Below, piece after piece: positions 26,201 to 34,910 of a DNA stretch of 52,519 nt (its first letter is position 1; every line of letters begins with the position of its first letter). Below the pieces are notes generated by a model. That model did no database searches. It was not told the DNA's origin and saw only the letters and a program-made list of their open reading frames with translations. Source of the DNA: Proteromonas lacertae (lineage: Eukaryota); contig NGBS01000920.1 in the NCBI GenBank assembly GCA_002245135.1, positions 1-52,519 of the forward strand, in the 5' to 3' direction. Made by a program: the position numbers and the translations under genes.

Positions 26201-27335
26201 TTATTGTTAAATAGTGTGAATTTCCATCTTCATTTTCTATTAGCAATAGATTTACAACACTATATTTTTTAGATTTCTTTTGTTTAGATAAATGAATGGG
26301 TAAGAATATTTCTTCTTTATCTTTAGCTATATCAATATAAAATATATTCACATTTAGTCGATTCTTTGTTTCAAACTTATCAATAGATTCATTGTCTGTA
26401 GCATCAACAGGGAATGTTAACATACTCCAATCATGTTTCTTTTCATACATTTTGTATTTTTCAGGTTTATCTTTATTACATTGGAAATTATTAGAATATA
26501 ATGAACATAGTACACTCCACTTAAAACATTTATTATCTTCATTTATTACATTTGTCAAACATCTATGACCTTGAAGTTTAGCAGGTAAAACAATAAAACT
26601 GCTTCCACGTATTACTTTAAATTTTGTTACATATAATTCAATAGTATTTACTTTAGCAAAAGTAAGACCACTTTGAGGATGATTTGAATCATCTTCTGAT
26701 ATTTGTGTAAATATATTCTCCAGTATAGTTTGTATTTCACCTACAGTAGACATTTTTGTTATTTCACATAGTCTTCTACGACTAAATATAGAAACTTCAT
26801 CATCACTGTCAGTAGACTCATCAGGTATATAAATTGAACGTACAATAAAGAAGAATTTGATCATATTCATAGTATCAGCTAGTTCATGTAATATATCTTT
26901 GATATCACTATTATTAACAAAATCATGATAACATTGTTGTGGTGTATTGTAATTTCTATTGTTATAATTGAAAACCCATTTCCTGGTAACACCTTGAGAT
27001 GATTTATCAACTTCTCTAGCATCACGTATTCTATCATCAAATCTTTGATTTTGGTTAGGTTTTGGTAGGGAAGAAGGCATTAATCCACCAAAGAATGTAT
27101 CACTGATTATTGGTATATCATTATTGTATCTTTTTTTATTTTGAATAGCATCTGTACTAAATAATGGCGCTAATCTTCGTTTTGGAGCTGCTTCTGGTGG
27201 TGGAGGTGCAGGTGCTTCATCTATATGTTTATGTTTATGATGATGGTGATGCTTATACTTATGATGTTTATTTTTATTAAAAGTTTGTTCTAGAAGCTTA
27301 AAAAATGCTTTAAATGCTTTATATAGACAAAACAT
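23268..27335 (-). CDS. Intact protein-primed family B DNA polymerase (terminal protein region, OTU-like protease, Zn finger, exonuclease with EndoVII-like insert, polymerase)
   Basis: IRGSSFIVLP, NEDNKCFKWSVL...SHYLTI, CPYC...H...C, YYDTET, HNAMKYD, YQDYNSLYPS (A), KKLMNSLYGK (B), MTDTDSL (C), GLKSKCY, CKG, DDKRYF...TLPYGY. Confidence 0.97.
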   Translation of the reverse strand: MFCLYKAFKAFFKLLEQTFNKNKHHKYKHHHHHKHKHIDEAPAPPPPEAAPKRRLAPLFSTDAIQNKKRYNNDIPIISDTFFGGLMPSSLPKPNQNQRFDDRIRDAREVDKSSQGVTRKWVFNYNNRNYNTPQQCYHDFVNNSDIKDILHELADTMNMIKFFFIVRSIYIPDESTDSDDEVSIFSRRRLCEITKMSTVGEIQTILENIFTQISEDDSNHPQSGLTFAKVNTIELYVTKFKVIRGSSFIVLPAKLQGHRCLTNVINEDNKCFKWSVLCSLYSNNFQCNKDKPEKYKMYEKKHDWSMLTFPVDATDNESIDKFETKNRLNVNIFYIDIAKDKEEIFLPIHLSKQKKSKKYSVVNLLLIENEDGNSHYLTINTLPALFRKMIDKKNNTNNIFVCPYCLFYTYDDGSFNSHQIYDCQDKENVLRLFPDKDDKEKSYLKFRHWTHLQTLPVVMYYDTETYFVPYDNELNLSRYKSMEEIDNNDTRIELSKTEQSIMARHKLYSYCIYVDSKIPDINSFTVIKYKQNEDHNIENDFVLDILNIYDQICTVYNYRLANPKPFDGDEIAKDIHNKKRKCDFCGKPFNSIDHIKVLHHDHFTGHYIASIGSNENLNIDIKKLKVPIIGHNAMKYDQHFIVKELAKFAAITNSPLNIIPNTDENYKCIQYKNLVFIDSYLFLAGSLANLTNDLKITAELNNTKKEKFKTIYENFKEYNGHYLDDENIEKYLLQKNYFPYEHMTSLEAFEENFKDLTIDDFKSKLNDNETIKPEEFDFAMEVNQIFGFDNIREYNLFYLKIDVYILQSIFNDFRDNIFDTFHIDPCWYISLPSLSLDLFLHVSDVELKLFCEPEYYDFILNGLYGGLSYIGKRKEDANNKFMKNYDETLPSKFLLYQDYNSLYPSVMASCKMPLDDFEFIDPNSITLESILDLPYYEEMDQDRLENNDFGYILEVDIELPIELQDKFKEYPLLPERKKIPKEWLSDIQTERAENLGIIYKERGTYHATEKLITDLYPKEKYIIHYQNLKFAVEHGYKVGKVYRIMRFTEGLYMGKYINTMVQKRVQAKENNQNTTADYIKKLMNSLYGKFMERVEKRSNISLITNEDQMINAASDPWFKDFIIIEGDLRIAHFHKKLYEINKPIQIGMVILALSKLKMQKYWYDVLDKKYGSDKLTLCMTDTDSLLFSVETNDIFKDLEDPIFNNWIDGSNLKNPYLEKYKLDIHRAVHPGTLNRLKFEEQDKNNKNLYVITKFIGLKSKCYIYEKEKVNDESDNNTNTDNRCKGINVKVSRKITYDIYNDFVEGASKSQKYEVCQIKSIHHNVYTTVQNKTGLTYYDDKRYFFDKYNTLPYGYKK

Positions 27336-27351
27336 ATGGTTATTTAAACAA

Positions 27352-27740
27352 ACGATAATAATGAAAGAAGGGGGGAAATGAGTACAATTTGAAACCCCTA
27401 TTTTTTTTGTATTTTTTGTATTGATTTCCCCCTATGTGTTTTTTGTCCGTTTCATTATCAAACCATTATTCAAGCTTACATTATTTTTCGCTTTTCTGTT
27501 TGAATTTAAACAAAAATAATTATTCCATTTGAATCCTCATCTTATGATGAATCTATTTATGTTGTTAGTTCAAATTATAGAAAGTGAATGACATATAATT
27601 TCAAAAAATAATTCAATAAAAACAATCTCAATAGGATGGTCAACACATGGTGTGATATGACACCATATAGTGACCATCCTATGTAATAAAAAAAAAAAAA
27701 TGGAGTTCAAGTCAAATCTCGAAATGCATCTATTTTTCTA
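27352..27740 (+). repeat. Left copy of imperfect inverted repeat, with 52-nt hairpin (27631-27682)
   Basis: ATAATAATGAAAGAA, CCCCTATGTGTTTTTTGTCCGTTTCA, the hairpin and TGGAGTTCAAGTCAAATCTCGAAATGCATCTATTTTTCTA all have reverse-complement counterparts, in mirrored order, at 43762-44133. Confidence 0.88.
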
Positions 27741-27851
27741 TTATTGATATTTCTTATAAGACTTGTTATAATGCTAATTAATTATGTAAATTATGAAAAC
27801 AACACTCCCACACAAACACAATATATCATTTGAACCAATTAGGACCAGAGA

Positions 27852-28653
27852 TTAATAATCATTTTGGTACTCTGGCTCCTCATCATCATCATCTACTATG
27901 AATTGTGAGAAGTTATTATCATCATCATCATCTTCCTCTGTAGTACTATCTTCTTGTTTTTGGTTTTTGGTTGAAATGTTTTTTTGATTTATTTTCTTTC
28001 TTTTGAATCTTGGAGCTTTAGATGTACTGCACTTTCTTTTTGTGGATACCACCTTTAACAACTTGTTGTTGTCATCATCATCATTATAATCATCATCATT
28101 CAGGTTATCAAACAACGATGCTATAGAGACTTTACTACTTACTATACTTTCAGCAGTACTTCTGTAAACTATATCTCCTTTCGAATTCTTGTTTTCTTCT
28201 TTTTCGCATTTTGCTAAATCGTTGTCACCGAAATGTATGATATACATACAAGTCAGTTCCACCATGTCCTCCATTGCATGGTCAAGCATACGATCATACT
28301 ATTGATTCAAAATTGAAATATATATTAATTGGATATACGATGCTTTTGTCCAGATCCTCTTTATACATGATATTACATAGCAGGACAGACATCAACACTC
28401 TGGACATTTTTAATCTTTCATGTCGATCATCAATCTTTTCAATTTCTGTGAATCTTTTGTACCATGTAGTGAAACGCCTTATACTGAAGCTACCATTCCA
28501 GCTATAGACATATAATAATATATTATACCTATATCGTTGCAAATCTTTCTCATGTTCTACAATCGTCTTAAAATTCTCACATAAAATTTTATAGACGCTC
28601 GGATTTGGATCATTGATGAAGCTGTTTTTGTATAGCAACTTCCAGTTGCTCAT
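27852..28653 (-). CDS. Spliced hypothetical protein (gene X, copy 1; 244 aa); exons 28653-28529, 28501-28339, 28298-27852
   Basis: GT-AG introns 28502-28528 (27 nt) and 28299-28338 (40 nt). Splicing joins ORFs 28294-28695 and 27852-28289 and gives colinear alignment with copy 2. Acidic/basic (NLS-like) tail. Confidence 0.85.
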
Positions 28654-28829
28654 AATAAGTGAATTGAAAGGAAAATAACGTTGAACAATGAACAAATGTT
28701 ATATGTATATATGAAACGGATATATATATTTTTTAATGTTGTTATAAAGACATATAACTCTATTAATTTAGATAATAATCATAATGAAATGAATTTCATT
28801 ATTACTTTTGTTTTTTGTTTTTGGACCAT

Positions 28830-30116
28830 ATGTTTAGCACTAATAGTTACGATCCACATTTATACAGCTCATATAGCAACCAGAACCCATATCCTGTCAA
28901 ACCGTTACCTACAAATGGTAACCTATCACTTGCAACATATATTAACCATGGAGCACCGAATATTACACATCCAACAAGAGAGGCTTCGTATGAAGACCAA
29001 ATGTCAAACCAAATTGCCCAATATCGATCACGCTTAGATGAACTATATAAAAAATATTATTACCTTAATGAAAATGAATTTGTCAAAATGACACAACATT
29101 TGTCTAGTATGAATGATATAGCTCCACCACCAGATGTAGTACGTGAATACTTAAGGAGACAACCTGGAAAACAAATTGTTGATTTCAAATATAAAAAAAA
29201 TAATCCATTCGCAACTATCAAGAAGCCTGGGTACTTCCAAATGGATATTGTGTTTTTCTTACCTGATATGGAACATTTGTATTTTATCGAAATGAATTCA
29301 AGAAAAGTATGGGCAATATTTATGCCTAATAAATATGGTGATATTACATTGGATGCATTTCAGAAGTGGTATTATGAAACAGATGCCTATGGAAACAAAA
29401 CACATAAAAATGTGGTAAGTATCCTATCAGAAGCTGATGCTAGTTTTTCAAATATCAAGAAGTTATGTGATGCTGAAGGAATATCATATTTTCAAAAAGA
29501 TGGTTCAGAGCATAAAATAGAGTCATTATTGGATAGATCAGTGAGTGTGATAAAAAGATTGTTGTACAAACACTTGGTGGATCTGGGATATGATGCACCT
29601 ACATATATGGCAGATATTGATCACAATGATAAGCATATTATACCAGATATGAATTATAAATTAAAACTCGATAGTATAATACAGGAAGTGATAGATGACT
29701 ATAACAACAAGCCATTACCAGGAATTAAAGGATATACACCAAATGAAGTATTCCATAGTCCAGAATTACAAAAACAAATATTACAAAAATCAATTAACTA
29801 CAACTTAAAGAATTATGAAAAATTGGACCATACTGGTCAAAATTTCGAAGTAGGTGATTTGGTGAGATTCAAAGAGAGAAGATGTAAAATGGATAAGAAC
29901 ATATACTGGTCAGACAATGTATATAAGATAATCAAGAAAAATCGATATTCATACAATTTAGGTGATATCAATGGGAATGACATTCAAGGTTTTTAATTAA
30001 TTCGATTCAAACACTATGAGTTGCAGTTAGTGAGAAAAGATGATGCACTAACCACATGGTTTAGAAAAATACTGGAGAGACCCAAGAGAAAGAAGGGAGA
30101 CAAATCAATATTGTAA
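28830..30116 (+). CDS. Polinton-type retroviral-like integrase with atypical catalytic residues; in-frame TAA at 29994-29996 near the C-terminus
   Basis: YFQMDIVF, LYFIEMNSRKVWAIFMPNK, YNNKPLPGIKGYTPNEV, FEVGDLVRF, WSDNVYKI. After the TAA the frame continues RFKHYELQLV. Confidence 0.85.
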
Positions 30117-30363
30117 CGAATAAATTTTTATTATGCTATATATTGTATATGTTGTTTTTTATTATTGGGTATTGGATAGACTAGCTACGATGAGGGCTGC
30201 GTTTCTAATTTATAATTATTTATTTATTTATTAAATTAATTTCACAAGGAATTTATGGAAGTGTAATAATTTCTACTTGGATGTGTTGTTTAATATTGCG
30301 CCATTGAAATTCGGCTTGAATCATCCTGGCATGGTATATCTAAATGCCCTTTTTTTATTTAAT

Positions 30364-30459
30364 TGGGATCTGATAGACTGTGCAAGGAAAAAAGAGTCAT
30401 GCAGCTGGCATTAGTGGTTCGATTCCTAGCACAGACTATTAGTAATCCCATTCTTTTTT
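30364..30459 (+). ncRNA. Candidate Pol III hairpin RNA (adenovirus VA-RNA-like)
   Basis: Long terminal stem 30364-30389 / 30423-30450. Perfect B box GGTTCGATTCC at 30416-30426 (about +53). T6 at 30454-30459. No tRNA cloverleaf evident. Confidence 0.55.
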
Positions 30460-30495
30460 AATTTCTTTTTTTTAAAAATATTTTATTTTTTATAT

Positions 30496-30903
30496 ATGCT
30501 TACACTACCACCACAGATTGAATATAAATTACCAGAACTTGAATCCAAGGTAACAAAGAAATATCATTTAAGTGGTCCAGACAGATACTTGGATTTGTAT
30601 AGCCTACAATTCCTTATATTTTTTTATCATCGAAAACCTATATATCAATGGTATTTTGAGTTAACACACAAAATGATTAACATGATCATGAGTCAACTTT
30701 TGATATTAGTGTTTGTAGGTCCTTGTGACTTAGGAGATAGAGATAGACCCAAAGTTACATACACACCAACAATGAAAAAAGTAATCATTAGAATGCCACA
30801 AAGACACTTTAATGGTAAGATGCCAATATTCTTCAAATGTACTCATATGGATAGAGAGATGATAGAATATATTGAAACTCATACAATATTTCACCACACA
30901 TAA
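30496..30903 (+). CDS. Hypothetical protein
   Basis: 135-aa ATG ORF, convergent with the protease; no recognised motif. Confidence 0.5.
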   Translation: MLTLPPQIEYKLPELESKVTKKYHLSGPDRYLDLYSLQFLIFFYHRKPIYQWYFELTHKMINMIMSQLLILVFVGPCDLGDRDRPKVTYTPTMKKVIIRMPQRHFNGKMPIFFKCTHMDREMIEYIETHTIFHHT

Positions 30904-30949
30904 AAAAAACAGAAAAAAAAATAATTAAGTAATAATTTTATATTATATA

Positions 30950-31633
30950 TTATATTAATCCAAATTGTTTTTTCATTAACCTAATTTTTGCTTCACCTAC
31001 TATTGTATTATAGTCAGTAGCCTTTTTGAAACTACACTGATCTCTTAAAATATTTTTCAAAAAATTAATAGCAAAAAAACCACAGTTGGCAGTATTTGAA
31101 TTTTGATTCTGTACTCCATTGATTTTAAGTTCATACTTTTCATTATGATACTTCTTTAATTTTTTCAAATTTTTTTTAAATTCTTCCAAGTGTTGAGGAT
31201 CTTCACCAAATGAATCATAGTACAGGAATTGCTTCTTGATATTGTCAACTACTAAAGCCACCCAATGACCTATAGAATCAAGGCTAGCTTGTGTGGTGAG
31301 TGTATTGATTATGATTCCCCATTGATTCTTCTTTTTGGGTATAGGAAGTACAAGCTCGTCCCAGCAGAACACTCCCATGAACTTTCCATGGAAATTATTG
31401 AACTCATTTTTCACAATTAACTCTATATCAAAGTTCGATAAGGCATCTGAAGTGATACTGTTATACAAAACTTTCCTACGTGAAATTAATTTCTTTACTT
31501 TTTTATTATTTCCATTACCTATTCCAAAGTAACTCATAGCTTCACTGAGTTGTTTTCCTTTATCATCTTTAGCATCAGTTGACGGCTGTACTTTAATATC
31601 TGTTTCTGCTTTAGGAGTAATCAATTTATTCAA
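30950..31633 (-). CDS. Adenain-like maturation cysteine protease, element B
   Basis: IGHWVAL, YYDSFG, VQNQNSNTANCGFFAINFL: His/Asp/Cys catalytic residues plus oxyanion Gln. Confidence 0.93.
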   Translation of the reverse strand: MNKLITPKAETDIKVQPSTDAKDDKGKQLSEAMSYFGIGNGNNKKVKKLISRRKVLYNSITSDALSNFDIELIVKNEFNNFHGKFMGVFCWDELVLPIPKKKNQWGIIINTLTTQASLDSIGHWVALVVDNIKKQFLYYDSFGEDPQHLEEFKKNLKKLKKYHNEKYELKINGVQNQNSNTANCGFFAINFLKNILRDQCSFKKATDYNTIVGEAKIRLMKKQFGLI

Positions 31634-31667
31634 CTTCTACTATTATATATATAAATTAACATGAATT

Positions 31668-32201
31668 TTATACCATTTGCTGCATTTGTGACATCTTGAT
31701 TTGGTTAATTGGATTACTCATATACTCACCCATCTGCATCCTAGTCTTTGCACTTGCTTGAGCCATTTCATTGTAATTAGGTCTATTCATATTCACATAC
31801 ATGTTAGGACCAAACAAATGCTGATCATCAATCTCTCTTAAACTATTAGCAAGCGGTATAGCCATTGCATTACCTTCATGTAATGATGTAGATAACATAG
31901 AATCGATTGCATTCTGTCTCTCTAAAAATTTTTGCTCATCATTCAATTTACGAATATCACCTTCATTAGGAGGAGTGTCTTTAGAATTCAATTTAGTAAT
32001 CTCATCTTTTATTTCATTTAAACGACTGTTTCTCATATCCACTAAATCTTTCGCATTTTCTCTATAAAAATTATTATATAAACTCTGATAATATTTGTCA
32101 TGTCCTTTATATCCTTCACCTCTCCGTATCTTCTTCCTTTTGCCTTTACCTCTCATCCGAGCAAACACAGCAAGTAGTATTTTCTTATTTAGTTTTTTCA
32201 T
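31668..32201 (-). CDS. Basic-N-terminus virion-module protein
   Basis: MRGKGKRKKIRRGEG N-terminus followed by a coiled coil. Positional and weak sequence equivalent of 20108+ and 51136+. Confidence 0.65.
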   Translation of the reverse strand: MKKLNKKILLAVFARMRGKGKRKKIRRGEGYKGHDKYYQSLYNNFYRENAKDLVDMRNSRLNEIKDEITKLNSKDTPPNEGDIRKLNDEQKFLERQNAIDSMLSTSLHEGNAMAIPLANSLREIDDQHLFGPNMYVNMNRPNYNEMAQASAKTRMQMGEYMSNPINQIKMSQMQQMV

Positions 32202-32269
32202 AATAACTTAATAGAAAATAAAAAACAATTTAATTATAATAATAATGTGTAATATAAGTATTATTAATA

Positions 32270-32884
32270 TTATTGAACATAAACAGGCTCGATAGGCTCG
32301 CCTTGTATTTCTCTACCTGCAATATCATTACCGAATGGTTTATCTTCTTCTGGTTCTGGTTCTTTTACTTTCTCTATTTTCTCTTTCTTAGGATTTGAAC
32401 TCTTTTCTAATTTCTTCATATATTTGCCTAATTGATCTCTAGTTTCTTTCAAAGCTATTTGTAATTCAGCTTTTGTCATACGACTAGGAGGAGGTAATGA
32501 TGAGTCCCTATCCTTTTTGCTATTTTTTCTACCACCACCACGTTTGGACTTTGGCTCGTCTAAAGCATTTGATTTTTGTTTCTTGCTAGATCTTCTTTTG
32601 GATCTCTCATGTGATCTTGATCTTGATCTGGATTTATGGGAGTGTTTTTTACCTTTTTTTGAATTTTTATGAGATGATGATCCATCATTCTGTAATATGT
32701 TGTATATATCCTTTGGAGAGAATTGTGATAGTAATTCATTGATCATAGCATCGCTTGGTTCAGCTTCTGCGATTTTTGGTTTGGACATCTTGGAATCATT
32801 TTCATTTATTGACTCTACTTCACTATCAGACTCATCAGTAGAACTATCATCACTCACATATTCAGTTGATTCAGTATCACTCAT
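32270..32884 (-). CDS. Acidic/RS-rich basic virion-module protein
   Basis: Acidic N-terminus, SRSRSRS tract, C-terminal EPVYVQ resembling MPVYF (A) and APFY (C). Confidence 0.7.
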   Translation of the reverse strand: MSDTESTEYVSDDSSTDESDSEVESINENDSKMSKPKIAEAEPSDAMINELLSQFSPKDIYNILQNDGSSSHKNSKKGKKHSHKSRSRSRSHERSKRRSSKKQKSNALDEPKSKRGGGRKNSKKDRDSSLPPPSRMTKAELQIALKETRDQLGKYMKKLEKSSNPKKEKIEKVKEPEPEEDKPFGNDIAGREIQGEPIEPVYVQ

Positions 32885-32976
32885 TATTTATTTCTATGTT
32901 ATGAAAAATAAAATTAACAAAAAAACAATGAAAATAATAATAATATAAGTATTATTAGCATTATTAAAAGTCAAGC

Positions 32977-33270
32977 TTACATTCGAGCCACCTTTGATTT
33001 TAAATATGCGTTCAATAATGCTTGTTGATTACTCCCACCTCCATTGAATGGTAATCTACCTCTTCCTGACCTACGTCTTCTACGACCAAATCCCATTGTT
33101 GATAATCCATCTGCGATATCGTTCTTTCCAAATTCCCTAGCTATTTTGGATGCTATTTTATGATCCTTTGCCCAGTTAAATGCTTTGGAACCCCAATTTT
33201 TTAACTTACCCCAAAATGAACCACCCCTTCTTCCATAAACGCATCTACGTCTTCTACCACCTTTTGGCAT
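32977..33270 (-). CDS. Small basic core protein with pVI-like amphipathic helix
   Basis: RRGG-SFWGKLKNWGSKAFNWAK; MGFG-RRRRR. Confidence 0.7.
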   Translation of the reverse strand: MPKGGRRRRCVYGRRGGSFWGKLKNWGSKAFNWAKDHKIASKIAREFGKNDIADGLSTMGFGRRRRRSGRGRLPFNGGGSNQQALLNAYLKSKVARM

Positions 33271-33329
33271 TATGTTATTTCGAATGAAAATAAAGAAATA
33301 CGATTAAAATAGAAAAAAATAAAATTAGA

Positions 33330-33817
33330 CTAGAAAACTCTAATCTTATTGTCAATATATCGATTATCGAGACTATTACTACTTTTACGTCTTTTACCAG
33401 AACCAGTCTTTTTCTTTGCTAACAAAAATTTCGGTATAGTGCTTGGACCACCTAACATCTTTACAGCAAATGGATTAGCCATTCCACCATTTTTTAAATA
33501 GGGCATACTGCCTGACCACCACTAATTACACTTTTTACTTCCTTTGGTATCTTTGCATTCTTAACTTTATTCCAAAAAGAACCACCACTTATACCACCAT
33601 CATAATTCCATTCTGCTTGTCCACCTCTTCTTCTACGTTTTCTACCATATCCTACATTGGATACAACATTACCTAAGGCTGGACCTACACCTGGGATTAA
33701 ACTAGCTGCTGTTGATAAAATTTTTGTTTTCTTAAAGAAATTCTTTACTCCATCCCAGAACTTGCCTTTACCTATGATATACTTACGATATTTCGCTTTT
33801 GAACTTCTTTTAACCAT
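33330..33817 (-). pseudogene. Second core/pVI-like precursor of B, frameshifted near 33500-33515
   Basis: IIGKG-KFWDGVKNFFKKTKILSTAASLIPGVGPAL closely matches the N-terminus of 18771. The shifted frame continues NGGMANPFAVKMLGG...LDNRYIDNKIRVF* to 33330. Confidence 0.65.
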
Positions 33818-33855
33818 AATTTGAGATAATTATATTTTTGAGTGATAATATAGTC

Positions 33856-33877
33856 AATAATATCAATATTGTCATTA
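33856..33877. promoter_or_regulatory. Candidate bidirectional promoter motif of element B
   Basis: AATAATATCAATATTGTCATTA has a 21/22 copy at 40306-40327. Both lie between divergent start codons and contain the palindrome CAATATTG. Confidence 0.5.
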
Positions 33878-33891
33878 TAGCCGTTTTTAAT

Positions 33892-34251
33892 ATGTCAGCT
33901 GGTCCAATACCTCAAATAACTTTTAATAGTGGTGTTGCATATCAACAAGATGGTCAACACCCTCAATATCTACCACAACAACAACCGAATCAACAATCGC
34001 AACAATCGGTACAAAATGATCAACAAACTCAAGTACTGAAAACACTCGAAACATTACCTCCAGAGGCACAACAGATGTTAAAGAGTATTAATCCATGGAC
34101 ATTCAAGGAAGCACAAGCTATATTAAATAAATTGGCAGATGAAGTGTTAATGGAGAGAAATCAAACATCAATACAACAACAACAGCCATACCCAGTACAG
34201 AATTTAACTCCTGTGCAATATGCTAGACAAAATATGACATTAATAGGTTAA
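33892..34251 (+). CDS. Gln-rich hypothetical protein
   Basis: ATG at 33892 within ORF 33838-34251; Q/P-rich. Confidence 0.6.
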   Translation: MSAGPIPQITFNSGVAYQQDGQHPQYLPQQQPNQQSQQSVQNDQQTQVLKTLETLPPEAQQMLKSINPWTFKEAQAILNKLADEVLMERNQTSIQQQQPYPVQNLTPVQYARQNMTLIG

Positions 34252-34310
34252 TAATTAACATAATATCAATATTTGAAATATATTCGTTTCATTTTATTAT
34301 TTTTTGTATA

Positions 34311-34778
34311 TTGTGTTCTATGGATTCAAACAACCATAATACCATACACGTTATAGGCATAATGGGTAAATCAAATGATCAAGACCAAAAGAAAGAAAAT
34401 TTAGAAGATAAGAAAATGCGATTCAGTCAAAAAAGAAAAAGAGAGAATGATTATTTAGATAATGTGTATAAGTACTTATATGGAGAAGCAGAATGTACTG
34501 ACGATGAATCAGATGACTATGATCCTGAAGATGATCCAAATGCAAGTGATGTTGATAGTAATGGTAATTTAAAGGATTTCATTGCATATAGTGAAGATGA
34601 AAATGACGCTGAATCGAATATGGAGCAGGATGATTATGATAGCGATAATGATCAATGGTATGATGTATATGATATTCCTGAAATTGTGAATGACAATGAT
34701 AATAAGATACATATCATCAAGAGAAAATTATTAAGTACTATATCTGAATCATTAGATGAATTAGTACCACAAAAATAA
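34311..34778 (+). CDS. Acidic hypothetical protein
   Basis: D/E-rich ORF with KRKR and DSNGNLKDFI. Confidence 0.6.
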   Translation: MCSMDSNNHNTIHVIGIMGKSNDQDQKKENLEDKKMRFSQKRKRENDYLDNVYKYLYGEAECTDDESDDYDPEDDPNASDVDSNGNLKDFIAYSEDENDAESNMEQDDYDSDNDQWYDVYDIPEIVNDNDNKIHIIKRKLLSTISESLDELVPQK

Positions 34779-34910
34779 CATAAGCATTTGGTCAAGCCAA
34801 ACATGCAATGTGACGATTCAAAAAACCTTGATAAAGAAGAAGATTTAGAAGATCTTTAAGTGTTAAGTGATTAAACGTAATTACTTTATTTTTTTTAATT
34901 AATTATTTTT

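Noticed and set aside
27290..27350. Missing C-terminus of the element C MCP continuing left of element B (CLYKAFKAFFKLL vs CNIYSFPKTFFDVL)
   Set aside because: The similarity is short and does not continue into the conserved LNF...DLKIT...FYIITG. No TSD, and the frame is the pPolB N-terminus.
30395..30430. tRNA gene (TGGCATTAGTGG plus GGTTCGATTCC)
   Set aside because: The A-box-like and B-box motifs overlap, leaving no room for an anticodon arm. The region folds as one long hairpin instead.
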